Assembly: GCA_963636125.1 (NCBI GenBank) | Contig: CAVHIP010000001.1 | Location: 4,981 to 68,980 of the forward strand | DNA: 64,000 bases | Direction of reading: 5' to 3' | Source of the DNA: Oscillospiraceae bacterium | GTDB taxonomy: Bacteria; Bacillota; Clostridia; Oscillospirales; Oscillospiraceae | Part shown: piece by piece, positions 61,593-64,000 of the stretch | Layout of the letters: each line of letters begins with the position of its first letter | Numbering within the stretch: the first letter of the stretch is position 1 | Position numbers and translations under genes: made by a program | The notes under the pieces: model-generated | Seen by the model: only the letters and a program-made list of their open reading frames with translations | Told to the model about the DNA's origin: nothing | Database searches by the model: none

Positions 61593-62909
61593 ATGAACAA
61601 CACTTATGCGCTTATCTCTCTCGGCTGCGCAAAAAATCTTGTAAACAGCGAGCAGATGATATATCTTATGAACGAAGCCGGATTTGAAATGGTTTCAGAG
61701 CCTGACGGTGCCGACCTGGTGATTGTCAACACCTGTGGCTTTATCGACGCGGCCAAATCCGAGGCGATAGACACGATCCTCGAGATGGCGGAGCTGAAAA
61801 AGGCCGGAAAGCTCGGCGGCATCATAGTGACCGGCTGTCTGTCGGAGCGGTACAAGGCGGAAATCGCCGACGAACTTCCGGAGGTTGACGCGTTTCTCGG
61901 CGTGGGCAGCTTCGGGGATATTGTAGGCGCCGCCAACTCGGTTCTGGAAAGCAAGAAGCTAAGCCTGTTCGCGGACAACAGCAAGTCAATAGACGAAATT
62001 CCGCGCGTTATTTCCACAGGCCCCGCGTGGGCGTATCTGCGCATTGCGGAGGGCTGCAACAACTTCTGCGCTTTCTGCGCAATTCCCTATATTCGTGGGC
62101 GTTATCGCTCGAGAGAAATGGAAAACGTCCTTGAGGAAGCGCGGGATATGGCGGCGCACGGGATAAAAGAAATAATCGTCATCGCGCAGGATATAACCCG
62201 CTACGGAACAGATCTTTACGGCAGACGATGTCTTGCTGAGCTGTGCCATAAAATTTCCGAAATTGACGGGATCGAATGGATAAGACTGCACTATCTTTAT
62301 CCGGACCAATTCGACGACGAATTGATAGACGAAATTGCGTCCAACGAAAAAATAGTCAAATACCTTGATATTCCGATACAGCATATTAACGACAAAATTC
62401 TAAAGACCATGAACCGGCGCGGCACGGGAGAAGAAATCCGCGTACTTTTCCGGAAGCTCCGCGAAAAAATTCCCGGTGTCGTTCTCCGCACAAGCCTTAT
62501 TTCCGGACTTCCGGGCGAAGGCGAGGCGGAATTCGAGGAGTTGTGCGAATTCTTAAGAGAGGCTCGTATAGAGCGCGTGGGCGTGTTTCCGTTTTCTCCG
62601 GAGGAGGGAACGCCCGCCGCGGAGATGGAGCATGTCGACTATGAAGAGGCTCAGCGACGCGCGGATCTCATCATGGAGCTTCAAGCCCCCATCATGGACG
62701 ATTTCTGCAATTCTTTTGTCGGAAAGACGATAAAAGCGCTGTGCGAATACTACGACGAAGAAAACGGCCGATATGTCGGGCGCTCGTATGCAGACTCGCC
62801 GGATATCGACGGTCAGGTTTTGTTTACCGGGAACTGCAGTGAGGGAGACATGGCGGATGTGCGCATAGTCTCCTGCGAAGACGGTCTTTTATACGGCGAA
62901 GAGGTGTAA
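61593..62909 (+). CDS. rimO: Ribosomal protein S12 methylthiotransferase (radical SAM)
   Basis: The UPF0004 N-terminal domain is ISLGCAKN..NTCGF, the radical SAM motif is CNNFCAFCAIP, and a TRAM C-terminus is present. The protein is 438 aa. Confidence 0.9.
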   Translation: MNNTYALISLGCAKNLVNSEQMIYLMNEAGFEMVSEPDGADLVIVNTCGFIDAAKSEAIDTILEMAELKKAGKLGGIIVTGCLSERYKAEIADELPEVDAFLGVGSFGDIVGAANSVLESKKLSLFADNSKSIDEIPRVISTGPAWAYLRIAEGCNNFCAFCAIPYIRGRYRSREMENVLEEARDMAAHGIKEIIVIAQDITRYGTDLYGRRCLAELCHKISEIDGIEWIRLHYLYPDQFDDELIDEIASNEKIVKYLDIPIQHINDKILKTMNRRGTGEEIRVLFRKLREKIPGVVLRTSLISGLPGEGEAEFEELCEFLREARIERVGVFPFSPEEGTPAAEMEHVDYEEAQRRADLIMELQAPIMDDFCNSFVGKTIKALCEYYDEENGRYVGRSYADSPDIDGQVLFTGNCSEGDMADVRIVSCEDGLLYGEEV

Positions 62910-62910
62910 C

Positions 62911-63426
62911 ATGTTCAAAACAACTGCCAATATCATTACTTTGTTCCGCATTGCGCTTATTCCGGTGTTTCTTGTTCTCGCGTATACCGGTCATCTTGGA
63001 TGGGCGTTCGCAATTTATATTATTGCCTCGCTCTCCGATTTTGCCGACGGGTATATCGCAAGGCACTATAACCAGATAAGCAATATCGGCAAGTTTCTTG
63101 ATCCGCTGGCGGACAAAATGCTTGTGCTCTCCGCCATGTGCTTTTTCGTTGAAAACAATCAGATGAGCGGCTGGTGCGTGGCGATCGTGCTGATGCGCGA
63201 ATTTGCCGTGTCGGGACTGCGGCTCATCGCGGTCGAGCAGGGGCGTGTAATCGCCGCGGCATGGTCGGGGAAAATCAAAACCGCGTCTACGATGGTCTGT
63301 ATCGCGCTGATGCTGCTGTTTTCCGGAAATAACGCGCTGAACATCGCATGTACCATAGTTATTCTCGCGACAACGGTTTATTCGGGCGTAGAATACTTTA
63401 TCAAAAACATTGATGTGTTTAAATAA
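62911..63426 (+). CDS. pgsA: CDP-diacylglycerol--glycerol-3-phosphate 3-phosphatidyltransferase
   Basis: The CDP-alcohol phosphatidyltransferase motif is DFADGYIAR..GKFLDPLADK. The protein is 171 aa with 4 TM segments. Confidence 0.9.
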   Translation: MFKTTANIITLFRIALIPVFLVLAYTGHLGWAFAIYIIASLSDFADGYIARHYNQISNIGKFLDPLADKMLVLSAMCFFVENNQMSGWCVAIVLMREFAVSGLRLIAVEQGRVIAAAWSGKIKTASTMVCIALMLLFSGNNALNIACTIVILATTVYSGVEYFIKNIDVFK

Positions 63427-63457
63427 CGCATCGGCTAATTCATAGGAGAACAATCAA

Positions 63458-64000
63458 ATGAAGCTTTATAATTCAGCCACCAGAACCAAAGAAGAATTTG
63501 TCCCCAATCATCCGGATATCGTCAAAATGTATACCTGCGGACCGACTGTGTATCACTTCGCGCACATCGGCAACCTGCGTTCCTATATCATGGAGGATAT
63601 TCTCGAGAAATATCTGCGCTATCTCGGCTACAACGTAAAGCGCGTTATGAATATAACCGACGTCGGCCATCTCACCTCGGATGCGGACGAGGGCGAGGAC
63701 AAGATGCTGAAGGGCGCGAAGCGCGAGCATAAGAGCGTCATGGAAATCGCGAAATTCTACACAGACGCCTTCTTCTCCGACTGCGCAAAGCTCAACATCA
63801 AGACACCGGATGTAGTGGAGCCGGCGACAAACTGCATCGACGATTATATTAAAATAATCACCAAGCTTATCGACACGGGATACGCCTATCTCGCCGGTGG
63901 CAACGTCTATTTTGACACCTCGAAGCTCGAAAGATATTATGTTTTCAACGATTTCAACGCAGAGGATCTGGACGTGGGCGTTCGCGAGGGCGTTGATGAG
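63458..64000 (+). CDS. cysS: Cysteine--tRNA ligase, N-terminal fragment (runs off the window end)
   Basis: The ATG at 63458 follows a GGAGAA RBS. The translation is MKLYNSATRTKEEFVP..MYTCGPTVYHFAHIGNLRSYI..NITDVGHL, with the class I HIGN motif. It is open to the end of the window, so it is absent from the ORF track. Confidence 0.9.
   Translation, partial: MKLYNSATRTKEEFVPNHPDIVKMYTCGPTVYHFAHIGNLRSYIMEDILEKYLRYLGYNVKRVMNITDVGHLTSDADEGEDKMLKGAKREHKSVMEIAKFYTDAFFSDCAKLNIKTPDVVEPATNCIDDYIKIITKLIDTGYAYLAGGNVYFDTSKLERYYVFNDFNAEDLDVGVREGVDE

Overview
This 64-kb window is a chromosomal segment from a Bacillota (Firmicutes) genome. It is probably a Clostridia/Oscillospirales-type anaerobe, judging from an Rnf complex gene, GGAGG-type ribosome-binding sites and the rpmG-secE-nusG-rplK-rplA block. 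GC-rich third codon positions generate many long spurious antisense ORFs. I can support 53 protein-coding genes. I recognised no rRNA, tRNA, CRISPR array, IS element or prophage. All genes from 1 to 55.9 kb lie on the minus strand except two at 11.3-13.3 kb, and everything from 56.1 kb onward is on the plus strand. In order, the content is:
- rnfC (5' fragment).
- A tightly packed run glgA - GH13 - GtrII-like - GT-C-like - GtrII-like - GtrII-like.
- A small membrane protein, an acyltransferase-3, a class B sortase and a flavodoxin.
- rpsB-tsf, glycerate kinase, pyrG, yfcC-iadA, lysA and purA-purB-guaA.
- An NHLP/double-glycine-type peptide exporter (mini HlyD-like adaptor, C39-peptidase ABC, second ABC) with no visible cargo gene.
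- tadA, pta and rpmG-secE-nusG-rplK-rplA.
- An F-type ATP synthase operon (atpB-E-F-A-G-D-C) with no separate delta gene.
- A response regulator - histidine kinase - HtrA operon.
- A long chain: GTPase-NYN fusion - ylmH - recD2 - comFC - mreB - ispD - ispF.
- On the plus strand, a second two-component system, DUF1385-prmC, recA-recX, rimO, pgsA and cysS (5' fragment).

The most interesting observations are:
1. One 859-aa ORF fuses an EF-G/Tet(M)-type ribosomal GTPase to a Rae1/YacP NYN endoribonuclease. It is translationally coupled to ylmH and apparently expressed from a leaderless mRNA.
2. The ATP synthase alpha subunit carries a delta (OSCP) C-terminal domain at its N-terminus, and the c subunit has a signal-peptide-like extension.
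3. The peptide export system is an orphan, and a hairpin-rich spacer splits it.
4. A roughly 55-nt palindromic element is present twice.
5. GtrII-like membrane glycosyltransferases are triplicated directly behind the glycogen genes.

All functional calls rest on motifs and family resemblance that I recognise by eye. No database search was run.
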